A program made the translations under genes and the position numbers. Of a DNA stretch of 64,000 nt, positions 54,044 to 63,374 are shown one piece after another (position 1 is the first letter of the stretch; each line of letters begins with the position of its first letter). The notes beneath the pieces were generated by a model. It had not been told where the DNA came from and ran no database searches. It worked only from the letters and a program-made list of their open reading frames with translations. Source of the stretch: a virus (lineage: Duplodnaviria; Caudoviricetes); the IMG/VR virus record IMGVR_UViG_3300037067_027616, positions 192,001-256,000 of that record. One strand, 5' to 3'.

Positions 54044-54364
54044 ATGTTGATGGAAAACAATGACTTGCGTCCGAAGCTTGACGTTGATCGGGATAGGATA
54101 AGGGAGGTGGTTTCAGAGGCCTACCGGATTACTCGTGAGTACGTGGACGGCGAATTTGTTTGCACGAAGGAACAAGTCATGGAGTCTTTGGAGAAATACC
54201 TTTCATGTGGGTTGGCGGCGGCGACTTTCAGGATACCTCTTGGGAACCGCCACTATCCGGACATGGTTTTGAGGGTCGATCCGAGGAGGAAGGAAGTGGC
54301 TTTGGTGTCCTTGTACAGGAAAGCCACTGGAAGGGTAAACCGCATATTGAGGGCTTTGCGCTGA
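54044..54364 (+). CDS. Hypothetical protein
   Basis: 106-aa ORF. Confidence 0.6.
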   Translation: MLMENNDLRPKLDVDRDRIREVVSEAYRITREYVDGEFVCTKEQVMESLEKYLSCGLAAATFRIPLGNRHYPDMVLRVDPRRKEVALVSLYRKATGRVNRILRALR

Positions 54365-54843
54365 TGGCTGGAAAAATAGAACCTCTTTTCGTACGGTTTG
54401 CCAATGGTGAGGCATCCATTGAGGACGTCCTTAACGCCCTGTCATCTTCGCAAGATAAGAAAACTGCAGATATAGTTACAGAGGCATTGAATAATATTCC
54501 AGACTTGTCAGTATTCAGGACGGACTTCAAGTCCATGTTGGGTGACCTTGCTGACAATGGCGTTTCAAGAAGGGTGATGAATTACGTAGATTCTTATATG
54601 AAGCCTTCGCTTGAGGAGTACGTATCTGGGTCTGGCGGGGGGACGAAGTCTGGTGAGGCACGGTGGGTTGCCATAAAGGACAAGGACGCACCGTGGCCAG
54701 AGGCGGTGTTGTGCTACAATCTTTGCTTGTATTTGAGGGTGTACGGCATCACAGAATTTAAAAAGTGTCCCACGTGTGGGAAGTTCTTCACAAATAAGGG
54801 ACGGTATGCAAAGTACTGCATGGAACATACCCCAAAGAAGTGA
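54364..54843 (+). CDS. Protein with C-terminal Zn finger (CGNR-like)
   Basis: KKCPTCGKFF...AKYC; ATG overlaps upstream TGA. Confidence 0.6.
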   Translation: MAGKIEPLFVRFANGEASIEDVLNALSSSQDKKTADIVTEALNNIPDLSVFRTDFKSMLGDLADNGVSRRVMNYVDSYMKPSLEEYVSGSGGGTKSGEARWVAIKDKDAPWPEAVLCYNLCLYLRVYGITEFKKCPTCGKFFTNKGRYAKYCMEHTPKK

Positions 54844-55018
54844 GATGATTTATGTATGTTATCCGTGACGAGTATAATTTCGTTGAGGTTTCTTGGGTTG
54901 CAGATCCCCTGGACAAGAATGCATTGGTAAAGCTTTCTTTTTGGGAAAAAGTGACTATGTGCATTTTTTGCACATTGCTTTCTGTTCGTAATTGGTTTAA
55001 CAGGAAAAGCAGGGGATC

Positions 55019-55531
55019 GTGGACATCGTAGTGGCATGTGGCATACAGCAGTCATATTTTGGAAAGAAGGGGTCACGTTACCTTGGTGACAAGGCGGATG
55101 TCCTAAAGATTCGTATGGAGTCGTTTCTTGCCCAAGAGAAAGCACGAGGAAGTCTCGTTTTCGCGGCAAGGGAGGTCCACCAGCCGAACGACCAGTTTTA
55201 TAGTTCGATGAAGAGTCATTCATTGGTGGGAACGACCGATATAGAAATACCAGAGGTGTTCAAACCGTATATAAAGTTCATCGTGAATACCACGAGGCCG
55301 AGTGCGTTCTTCTCCACGCCGCTCGAGTCGGAAGTACATAAGGCGCGGCCGGAGAAGGTACACATCGTGGGGGTCGAGACACACATGGCTGTGCTGTTCA
55401 CGGCGGAGGAGTTCAGGAATCGCGGGTATCAAGTGGTCGTCCACGAGGCTATGACAGCGTCCGAGGATGACTATTTACATGCCCTCGGCATCAATTTGCT
55501 TGCAAATTCTCTGTCTGTTGTGGTACAATAA
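55019..55531 (+). CDS. Isochorismatase/nicotinamidase-fold protein, catalytic residues altered
   Basis: SAFFSTPL, VGVETHMAV, RGYQVVV; expected Asp and Cys not present. Confidence 0.7.
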   Translation: MDIVVACGIQQSYFGKKGSRYLGDKADVLKIRMESFLAQEKARGSLVFAAREVHQPNDQFYSSMKSHSLVGTTDIEIPEVFKPYIKFIVNTTRPSAFFSTPLESEVHKARPEKVHIVGVETHMAVLFTAEEFRNRGYQVVVHEAMTASEDDYLHALGINLLANSLSVVVQ

Positions 55532-55547
55532 GTTGAGGGGGTGTGCA

Positions 55548-55877
55548 ATGGAAAACGAAAACATGTCAGAATACCTTCTGAAGTGTCCAGCATGCGCCAC
55601 ACAGCTAAAATTGATATGTGAGGAGTCCAGCCCGGTGATTGTGGTCTGCCAGGGGTGCGGGAAGGCTATTGTCATGCACCAGAACAGGCTGTTCACAGTG
55701 CCTGTTCCGTTTATGGTAGAACTCATGAGAAGACACCGTGTCAAGGTCTGTGGCAACATAGTCGCCACGAAGATTAGCGATGAGGCGCAGTCCAAAATGA
55801 GCGACCAGAGGTTGTCGGAACTGCACAAGGCTTTGGAAGGCTCTGAAGACGTTATAGACGTCATCCGAAGGTTTTAG
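55548..55877 (+). CDS. Zn-ribbon protein
   Basis: CPAC...CQGC. Confidence 0.6.
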   Translation: MENENMSEYLLKCPACATQLKLICEESSPVIVVCQGCGKAIVMHQNRLFTVPVPFMVELMRRHRVKVCGNIVATKISDEAQSKMSDQRLSELHKALEGSEDVIDVIRRF

Positions 55878-55913
55878 TTTAATATTCAGGTTCCGATCAG
55901 TTATATTTGACAT

Positions 55914-56375
55914 ATGACTGACCAAGAACTGCAGGGAAAGATAGTCTACCTTACTGTCCACGCAGACAGGTGGCTCCGCCGCACGAATCCCACGTTCCCG
56001 ATATTGATGGCAAACCGTGTCGCCCGGGTCATCAAGGTTTTCGATTGGGAAAGCGATGAGGGAAAGTACCTTCTTGACCAACGGGAGAAGTCCGGAAAAT
56101 GGAAGGAACTTGACCCTCGGGAGTTCAAGTACGTCCTGTCTATATTCTATCCCGAACTCGTCAGGGGTGAAAAACACGGAATCAAGGTGGAGGAGTTGTT
56201 TCCAAGGGTATTCCCGGGAGAGAAGGTGGTGTTGTTTGATGTTCTTCCAGAGTGGATGGCTACTGAACTTAATAACCCACCGGACAAAATCAAAGCTTTC
56301 AAGATAGAGAAAAAGAAAGAGGGTGAGAAAGAAAAGAAGGCGAGGAAGCGTGTATCTAGACGCGTTCATAGATAA
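55914..56375 (+). CDS. Hypothetical protein
   Basis: 153-aa ORF. Confidence 0.65.
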   Translation: MTDQELQGKIVYLTVHADRWLRRTNPTFPILMANRVARVIKVFDWESDEGKYLLDQREKSGKWKELDPREFKYVLSIFYPELVRGEKHGIKVEELFPRVFPGEKVVLFDVLPEWMATELNNPPDKIKAFKIEKKKEGEKEKKARKRVSRRVHR

Positions 56376-57039
56376 GGCTTCAACCTCCATATTGGAGTAT
56401 AAGGAGCCTATGAAGTATCTAGCTTCCCGTGGATTCGGTTCGGATGACATCAAGCGGTGGGGCATAGGATATACACGCGTGGCGAGGGTTTCCGGGGCAG
56501 AGTGCGAGGATTTGAATAAGCTGAAAGAGGCCACGCATGGTTTTCGCAATCTTGAAGGCAGAATTATTATACCTTTACGGAACATCCTCGGACGCGTGAA
56601 TGGAATACAGACAAGATCCATAGACACAAAGGTTTATAAAGATTATCTTATGTCTGAAGCAAAAAATATGGGCACGTTGTTTGGTTTGAGGGAGGCGCTT
56701 CCGCATATACGGTCGACAAGAAAGGTTTTTGTCCACGAAGGTGCGTTCAATGCGATGGCCTTTTCAAAAGTATTTCCAAACACGGTCGCGTCTCTCACAT
56801 CATTTCTTAGTGACCAACAGGTTGAGTTGTTGCGCTTTTTGTCAGACTTGATAGTGGTGGTGTTTGATAATGACAAGGCTGGTGATATAGGCAGGGCAAA
56901 GGTCTTGAAAACGTATGGGAGTTCCGGATTCGAATCTATTACCATCGGTGAATCAGATTCCAACGCTTGTCTTACGATGATGGGTCCGGATAAGTTCACA
57001 AAGTACATAAAGTCCCGTGTCCCAACGATGTTGCAATGA
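56323..57039 (+). CDS. DnaG-type primase catalytic/TOPRIM fragment (no Zn-binding domain)
   Basis: YLASRG, GRIIIPL, VHEG, VFDNDKAG. Confidence 0.8.
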   Translation: MRKKRRRGSVYLDAFIDKASTSILEYKEPMKYLASRGFGSDDIKRWGIGYTRVARVSGAECEDLNKLKEATHGFRNLEGRIIIPLRNILGRVNGIQTRSIDTKVYKDYLMSEAKNMGTLFGLREALPHIRSTRKVFVHEGAFNAMAFSKVFPNTVASLTSFLSDQQVELLRFLSDLIVVVFDNDKAGDIGRAKVLKTYGSSGFESITIGESDSNACLTMMGPDKFTKYIKSRVPTMLQ

Positions 57040-57143
57040 TTATACTCAAAAGACATTTTCATGAATAATAGTCCATGTACCTGTTTCAGTAATCATAGTT
57101 CATACAAGTCCGCGGGGTGGGACGGGAGTCCCATGGAGGACCT

Positions 57144-57422
57144 ATGAGCGAAGAACAGAAACAGGAAGTGCTTGACAGGCAGATAGCAGAGAAGGAGTTA
57201 AAAGTTCGGGAGTTGGATGTCGTCCTTCAAGAACTAGGTGCTACAAAAGAAGAGAGGGCATTCGTCGCCGTTAGGGAAAAGCACGAACTTTTGAGGAGAG
57301 CGATCGAGGCGGGGTCAAATTCGTTTGGCAAAGTACTTGAGGGTTCCAAAGAGAGTGAATCTCTGAGGGATCTCATTTACGAAGCGTCCAAAAGTTTGAC
57401 TGAAGAGGTCAAGAAACTTTAA
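57144..57422 (+). CDS. Hypothetical protein
   Basis: ATG after GGAGG. Confidence 0.6.
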   Translation: MSEEQKQEVLDRQIAEKELKVRELDVVLQELGATKEERAFVAVREKHELLRRAIEAGSNSFGKVLEGSKESESLRDLIYEASKSLTEEVKKL

Positions 57423-57502
57423 CCAATCTCCGTGATTGCGTGAATTATCTGCTGAGCAGGTGCATGGATTTATAGAAATTTAAAAAGATATAGGGGGTCC
57501 CA

Positions 57503-58864
57503 TTGTTCGGTGTAGAATTCAGACCACTTACGTTCGGGGACGTCCTCGGGTTGGAGGATACGAAGGAGATTCTCAAAAAGATACTCCAGACTAATAACTA
57601 CGACCCGGGGTACATCTTCGGAGGTTCCCACGCCACAGGAAAGACTACATTGGGAAGGATATTCGCCCGTGCGGCCCTTTGCAAAAACCGCCGTGAGGAC
57701 ATGTCACCGTGCAACGAATGCAAATCCTGCCGGGATTTCCTTGAGGAACGCAACCCAGGATATCTTGAAATAGATGCCGCAAACCAAGGGACAAAGGAAA
57801 ACATACAGGCCATAAAAGACAGCTTGAGGTATGAAACCTTATCAAACATGAAAATCATATTGTTTGATGAGGCCCATGACATATCTGAAGCCGGTAAGGA
57901 CGCGTTGCTTCTGCAGTTGGAAAGACCCGACCCGAACATCATCCTCATTTTTTGCACGACCGACCCCGACAAGATGCACAACACGCTCCGATCAAGGTGC
58001 ATGGAGTTTGCAATACAGGATCCCAGTGAGAAGCTCGTAAAGATGAAGCTTGAGGCGATATGCAAATCAAAGACCCTGGTGTATGATGGAGAGGCCCTTG
58101 AGGATATTGTCCGATCCGTCGGAAGGCATTACCGCGATGCGGAGAACAAACTTCGGCAGGTTTCCCTCCTCGGTGACATAACTCGTGATAACGTGAAGAA
58201 GGCTGTATCGTTATACGTTGACGAGGCTACAGGATTACTCCTAACAATACCCGATGACCTTGGCAGGGCGTTGACATTTTCAGATTACCTCGTGTCAAAA
58301 ATGAATGTCCATCGCATCTATTCGCTCATTGTCAGGATATTGGTGGACTCTGTGAAGCAACTGAATGGTGTCCCATTTGCCGAGGGGAGATATTCGGAGT
58401 TACTTCACGCCATTTCGAGGAAGTATGGTGCCATGGTGTACGAGGTAATTGACTACCTCGTGTCGCGCAACAGGCTAAATGACCAGCAAATGTTCCAAAG
58501 TGACCTCCTCATTCTGCATTACAGGTTCAGAAGGGGGTCGTTTATACCAAAAGAGCAGCCTTCGGGGGTGACCGTTTCAGACCAACCGAAGGTCGCTCAA
58601 AAAAAGGACGAACAGCCTGTAGTACGGGCCCCGTCCATTTCTGAATTGTCTAAACTTCCGGACGGCAAGAGGGAGGACGTCGTCAGGGAGTACAAGGAAA
58701 ACCGCAGGAAGCAACGGGTCGATGAGCGCGTTCCTGAGATGGTCTCGAAGGCCTGGGGGCCGGAGAAAAAAGAGAACACACAGGAGCTGATTCACCGCCG
58801 GCCGGTTTCTAAAGCCGAGCTGGAACGCGTTCTCAAGGGGACCCACGATGAGAAGAGGATATAA
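57503..58864 (+). CDS. dnaX: DNA polymerase III gamma/tau clamp loader ATPase
   Basis: FRPLTFGDVLG, TGKTT, PCNECKSC, EIDAA, FDEAH, LRSRC, RDA. Confidence 0.9.
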   Translation: MFGVEFRPLTFGDVLGLEDTKEILKKILQTNNYDPGYIFGGSHATGKTTLGRIFARAALCKNRREDMSPCNECKSCRDFLEERNPGYLEIDAANQGTKENIQAIKDSLRYETLSNMKIILFDEAHDISEAGKDALLLQLERPDPNIILIFCTTDPDKMHNTLRSRCMEFAIQDPSEKLVKMKLEAICKSKTLVYDGEALEDIVRSVGRHYRDAENKLRQVSLLGDITRDNVKKAVSLYVDEATGLLLTIPDDLGRALTFSDYLVSKMNVHRIYSLIVRILVDSVKQLNGVPFAEGRYSELLHAISRKYGAMVYEVIDYLVSRNRLNDQQMFQSDLLILHYRFRRGSFIPKEQPSGVTVSDQPKVAQKKDEQPVVRAPSISELSKLPDGKREDVVREYKENRRKQRVDERVPEMVSKAWGPEKKENTQELIHRRPVSKAELERVLKGTHDEKRI

Positions 58865-59531
58865 GAAGAGAGGCAGAAGAAAAAAGGCAAGAGCAACAGT
58901 AAAACATTCCAGGAAGGTTCGCGTTAAGCGACCAGTTGCGAAGGTTTCATCCCGGCGCCACAAACTTCCCGCGACTGCTTTGATGTCACGGGATTTGTGT
59001 GCAAAGCACGACCCGTCTGGCGCTTGGATGATACTTGAGGTCAATGATGACGGAGAAAATTTATATGACAGGTATGAACTTCTTGAGTCGGAATTGATTA
59101 GAATTTTTGGGGAAGAAGTACAGTTCTTCATCCCCGCTTATATCGAGAAGATAAAGGACAAAATCGTCGGTGTAGATCTCATAGGAGGATACCTTTTTGT
59201 CGAGAAGAAACATGAATCGGAGTCGGCAATAGCCGTCATGACAAGTCCCTATATCAAGGGTCGTATGGCTGAGGGTGGAAGATCAGGATTTATTACGGGA
59301 GCAAACATAAACGAGTACAAGAAAAAGATGCTCGATTATATCAAGAATATGGCTCCTAAAAAAGGTTCGTTGGTGATTCCAAAGGTTGGCACGTTCAAGA
59401 ATTTAGAAGGAAAGGTAGTTTCCGTGGCCCGCGACAGGAAGTCCGCCACCGTGATGTTCAAGAGATCATCAAGGGTCGTTACGGCACCTGTAAGTGTCAT
59501 CAACATGGATCCCGTGAGCGGCGCCAAATGA
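58848..59531 (+). CDS. nusG: NusG-like transcription elongation factor
   Basis: NGN-like FFIP...GYLFVE; KOW GTFKNLEGKVVSV. Confidence 0.65.
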   Translation: MRRGYKKRGRRKKARATVKHSRKVRVKRPVAKVSSRRHKLPATALMSRDLCAKHDPSGAWMILEVNDDGENLYDRYELLESELIRIFGEEVQFFIPAYIEKIKDKIVGVDLIGGYLFVEKKHESESAIAVMTSPYIKGRMAEGGRSGFITGANINEYKKKMLDYIKNMAPKKGSLVIPKVGTFKNLEGKVVSVARDRKSATVMFKRSSRVVTAPVSVINMDPVSGAK

Positions 59532-59713
59532 AGCGCAACCTTGAAAACTCGGGCAAGACCAGTAGTAATAAATTTTCAAAGTTAAAATTGAAATCTGAAG
59601 AATATTTTGATTGCCCGGTATGCAAGGGATTGGGAGAGGATCCTAATGGTCCACCCACGAACAAGTGTCCAAAATGTGGCGGGATCGGGCAAGTGCGGAA
59701 GGAAGACTTGTGA
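59528..59713 (+). CDS. Small CxxCxGxG Zn-finger protein
   Basis: CPVCKGLG, CPKCGGIG. Confidence 0.6.
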   Translation: MKRNLENSGKTSSNKFSKLKLKSEEYFDCPVCKGLGEDPNGPPTNKCPKCGGIGQVRKEDL

Positions 59714-60636
59714 ATCATTTCATAATTGATGCCATGAATCTTGCTCACAGGGCTCATAACGCCAATTTTGAATTGAAGTCTGCAGATGGCAGGCCCACGG
59801 GCATGTTTTTTGGGTTCCTAAGGGTCTTGGTTTCCTTGAAGCGTAAATACAGGGGCTATAATTTCTGCGTGGCTTGGGACAGCCGATCCGAGAGAAAACT
59901 TGCCATAAAGCCTGATTACAAGTCCGGAAGGACACATTTGCCACCCCAGGTAATAGACGAAATCAAGGATATCAGGTTATTCATAACCTCTTGTGGCATC
60001 GATCAATACGAGTGTCCCGGTCAGGAGGCAGATGATGTTATTGCAACTCTTTCTGAACAATGGGGTTGCCAAGAAGGCCATATACTGTTATATTCTAACG
60101 ACAAAGATCTTCTACAACTTGTCAAAGATGGTAAAGTTTTGATGTACAGTCCCAAGGTTGCCCAGAAACTTGAAAAGTTTTATGATGAGGCTGCCGTGCG
60201 GGAGCGTTTTGGCGTTCCCCCCGAACTCCTTGTGTGCTTTCGCAGCCTCGATGGAGATCCAAGCGATGGACTTGATGGGGTGCCGCGTGTGCGTCGTAAA
60301 ATAATAGCTTCTCTTGTAACGAAGCACCAAGGATTAGATGCCATCTACGCCTCCGTTTCCGATGCTGAACTTACCGACCATGAGCGGTCATCTTTCCAAT
60401 CATTCAAAGAAAAGGCGTTCGAAAATTTGAATCTTATGGCGCTCGACAGGCATGTGGTTGGCATCAAAAAAACACCGGGATCGGTGGACAAGGATGCCAT
60501 GTCCAAAGTTCTTGCAAAGAACGATGTGAAGTCCATCGATCCTGATGCTGTTGGGGATCTTTTTTTGTCATCGTTGTCCGTCAAATATGGCGACCCGGTC
60601 GATGCGGTAAAGGTCGAAACGTATTCGTTGTTCTGA
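59710..60636 (+). CDS. 5'-3' exonuclease (Pol I N-terminal/FEN-like)
   Basis: IIDAMNLAHR, YKSGR, EADDVIATL, SNDKDLLQL, GDPSD. Confidence 0.9.
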   Translation: MNHFIIDAMNLAHRAHNANFELKSADGRPTGMFFGFLRVLVSLKRKYRGYNFCVAWDSRSERKLAIKPDYKSGRTHLPPQVIDEIKDIRLFITSCGIDQYECPGQEADDVIATLSEQWGCQEGHILLYSNDKDLLQLVKDGKVLMYSPKVAQKLEKFYDEAAVRERFGVPPELLVCFRSLDGDPSDGLDGVPRVRRKIIASLVTKHQGLDAIYASVSDAELTDHERSSFQSFKEKAFENLNLMALDRHVVGIKKTPGSVDKDAMSKVLAKNDVKSIDPDAVGDLFLSSLSVKYGDPVDAVKVETYSLF

Positions 60637-60661
60637 CGGAAACCCGAGCCAGGAGATCAGC

Positions 60662-61288
60662 GTGTCCTCTAGGAAATATAGAAGCATGGATCCATTTGAG
60701 ATGCAGAATCGGTTCTCGAACGAACACCACAAGTTTTTCAGATTACAGGAAAGCCCTTTCAAACTCGAGGACTACGAGGAGTTCATACGAAGGCTTCCGC
60801 AAAGGGAGCAGGATCTCATCGAGATGTACTGTCGAAACAGAAAGAAACAGAAAGAAATAGCCGCATTTTTTGGAGTGACCCAAGGAGCGGTGAGCCACAG
60901 GCTCACAAGAGCCATACAACGATTGAAGTATTTGAGGGACATGCCAAAGTTGACGCAAGATTTACGCGGCTTGCTAAAAGAACATTTCACCCCGTTCGAT
61001 ATCGATGTCGTTGAAACGATGATCGAAACAACCTGCCAGTCAAAAACGGCCGCCATACTCAACAAGAAGCACCGCTTGCGCGGCGACAAACAGATGACCC
61101 AAGTGAAGGTACGTCACCGTTTTGAGAGGGCTGTGGCCAAGCTCGAACAGCTTATGTCTGACTATCCGGATTTGGATATTGTGCATAAGCTCGCCACCTA
61201 CGTAAAGAACAACCTCTATATGATGCACGAGGTTATATTGCCACACTTCAACCGTGGCAAGCGTGTGAGATACAGCGAAGTGCTGTGA
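60662..61288 (+). CDS. Sigma-factor region-4-like HTH protein
   Basis: LPQREQDLI...KQKEIAAFFGVTQGAVSHRLTRAIQRLK. Confidence 0.7.
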   Translation: MSSRKYRSMDPFEMQNRFSNEHHKFFRLQESPFKLEDYEEFIRRLPQREQDLIEMYCRNRKKQKEIAAFFGVTQGAVSHRLTRAIQRLKYLRDMPKLTQDLRGLLKEHFTPFDIDVVETMIETTCQSKTAAILNKKHRLRGDKQMTQVKVRHRFERAVAKLEQLMSDYPDLDIVHKLATYVKNNLYMMHEVILPHFNRGKRVRYSEVL

Positions 61289-61373
61289 TAGTCCCGATCG
61301 GGTATATTTTTGAATAATTTTCATTGAAATGAATCTTTTGTTCCCGATCGGGTATATTTGAAAGGAATTTATC

Positions 61374-61823
61374 GTGAAGATAATTTGGACAAAGCCAAAT
61401 TTGAGTTCTGAACTTGGTGAGTATACCGAGAATGACTTCACCCAGGAGTATCTTGCTAAAAAAGGTTTTTCCTTCAGTTCCAATGAGGACTTGTTTGATT
61501 TTCTTCGTGGTGGTACTATGAAATCCATGTACGGATTTGATTTGAGTACCATCGTAAATTTTACATCTTCTGAAAAAGATTCTGAAGAAGAATTGAAGGA
61601 TCCCGAATACAGGAAGTCCTTCGAATCCATGGAGTCTGAATTGATGGAAAAAGGTGAGATAACGTTGCCTGCTCCGATAGTTTTGAATTTTTCTGGGGCA
61701 TTGTATTTGTTCTCCGGTAACAGAAGGGCGATTCTCGCCGTGAAACACGGTCTGCCCTTGTCCGTGTGGATGGTAAATGCCCCAGAAAAGACCTCACCGT
61801 TAGATTCTTTTTTGAAGGGATAG
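61374..61823 (+). CDS. ParB/Srx-like domain protein
   Basis: PAPIVL...LFSGNRR. Confidence 0.55.
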   Translation: MKIIWTKPNLSSELGEYTENDFTQEYLAKKGFSFSSNEDLFDFLRGGTMKSMYGFDLSTIVNFTSSEKDSEEELKDPEYRKSFESMESELMEKGEITLPAPIVLNFSGALYLFSGNRRAILAVKHGLPLSVWMVNAPEKTSPLDSFLKG

Positions 61824-61826
61824 AAA

Positions 61827-62117
61827 ATGGAGGACCTTTTTTTGCAAATAACATACGACATCAAGAACGATAAATTTTCTCACGTGACAAACATCAAGGA
61901 AGACATGCTCGATGACATTGTTGGGGAGTTTTTGAGGTCAGAAATGGGCCTTGGAAAAGACACCGCTCCCGCAAATGAACAAGACATATACAAAATAAGA
62001 ATCAATTGTGATCTGTCAGACGACACCTTCTACGTTAAATCGGATACAGGAAACAAGGGACTCACCACCGGTATAGTCATGCATTTCCTAAATAGCCGAA
62101 AAAAACAATCCCCGTGA
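61827..62117 (+). CDS. Hypothetical protein
   Basis: 96-aa ORF. Confidence 0.6.
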   Translation: MEDLFLQITYDIKNDKFSHVTNIKEDMLDDIVGEFLRSEMGLGKDTAPANEQDIYKIRINCDLSDDTFYVKSDTGNKGLTTGIVMHFLNSRKKQSP

Positions 62118-62285
62118 TGTAACATATTGTTGCTACTTTTGGTTACACGAATCCCCCAGGGTCACTCAAGCATACCCGCCATGTCGTAACACCGCTCGTT
62201 TCAGGGCCTTCTGTAATACTTCGTTTATACTAATTCCTCGACAAATTAGGATTGCGTACAATCACGTTCGTTTATCGGAGTCCCG

Positions 62286-62711
62286 ATGCGCGCACGCATT
62301 TCAGACATGGTTCGCCGGATAGCGGGGTCGGTTGACAAAACGTCCTACGCCGAGCAGAGCGAATCGCCGTACCAGAACGTGAACATATATCAGCTTCAGA
62401 CCGATCCTTCGGATCCAAGTCCGGACATCGGACTCGGGCCGCCAAGTGTTTACAACGACCCATGTGACAAGGACGACCGCTTCAAACATAAGGATGACGT
62501 CCGCAGACAGGGTGAGAGGCCACAACCGAGCGATAGGCTTGATTATAGGCTTACGCCAACGATGGTGACTGTGCAGGAAGACCCAAAGACGGATGAACAA
62601 GGAAAGCCTTCCGACAATGTTTCAGCACGAGGTATGGGAGAGGCGGCTTGGGAGGAACTTAACCGGGAAACTTGGAGAAGTGAAGGTCCCGGGGGGCAGA
62701 TGGTGCAATGA
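62286..62711 (+). CDS. Hypothetical protein
   Basis: 141-aa ORF with GGAG SD. Confidence 0.65.
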   Translation: MRARISDMVRRIAGSVDKTSYAEQSESPYQNVNIYQLQTDPSDPSPDIGLGPPSVYNDPCDKDDRFKHKDDVRRQGERPQPSDRLDYRLTPTMVTVQEDPKTDEQGKPSDNVSARGMGEAAWEELNRETWRSEGPGGQMVQ

Positions 62712-63370
62712 AGATGATAGACGGCAGGCCTTTCGAATGCAACACGTGCGGAGCCTGTTGCAGATGGCAAGGCAGGGTTTATTTGACACCACAGGATGCT
62801 GTGAAACTTGCCGAACATTTGAGTAATACGGTAAATGAGTTTTTAAGTAAATATACCGAGCCTTATGGCTCATCTAGGGTTTTGAAGAACAAGGAGGATT
62901 CCGAGGATTGTGTGTTCATGGATGGAGACCACTGCGGGGTATATGGAAATCACCCGCAACAATGTGATGAGTGGCCAAAGTCTTATGACAGCAGATGCCC
63001 GGGGTTCAAAAACAACGTCGGAGAAACACATATGGACTACAAAGAAGCTGTTGAAAGGGTGAACAAGAGGTTCTCCGCTTTGCGCGAGTGGGATCAAGCG
63101 GTCAGCGACCAATTGTACAAGGACCTCATGGCTGGGGCGAGTGGGATGAAGGTTGCCTCGAAGGCTATTGCCGATGGTGTCGACCCGTATGCGAATGCAA
63201 ACACCGTGAAGGTGGCTAATATCGATGATTTGTTTGCGTTCCACAGGGCAAGCGACAGCCACCTCATCCACAAGGCAACAAGGGATCTCTGGTCGATAGA
63301 GTCCGATGACGATGGGGGAATCCGGATCACAAGGCTGTTCGATAATGACGGCGAACCTATAAAGGGGTGA
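62708..63370 (+). CDS. YkgJ-like cysteine-cluster domain fused to an unknown C-terminal domain
   Basis: CNTCGACC...CVFM..HCGVYGNHPQQCDEWP. Confidence 0.75.
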   Translation: MKMIDGRPFECNTCGACCRWQGRVYLTPQDAVKLAEHLSNTVNEFLSKYTEPYGSSRVLKNKEDSEDCVFMDGDHCGVYGNHPQQCDEWPKSYDSRCPGFKNNVGETHMDYKEAVERVNKRFSALREWDQAVSDQLYKDLMAGASGMKVASKAIADGVDPYANANTVKVANIDDLFAFHRASDSHLIHKATRDLWSIESDDDGGIRITRLFDNDGEPIKG

Positions 63371-63374
63371 TTAT

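Noticed and set aside
55019-55531. Active nicotinamidase pncA completing NAD salvage
   Set aside because: The expected catalytic Asp and Cys positions appear substituted, and the gene is far from pncB/nadE.
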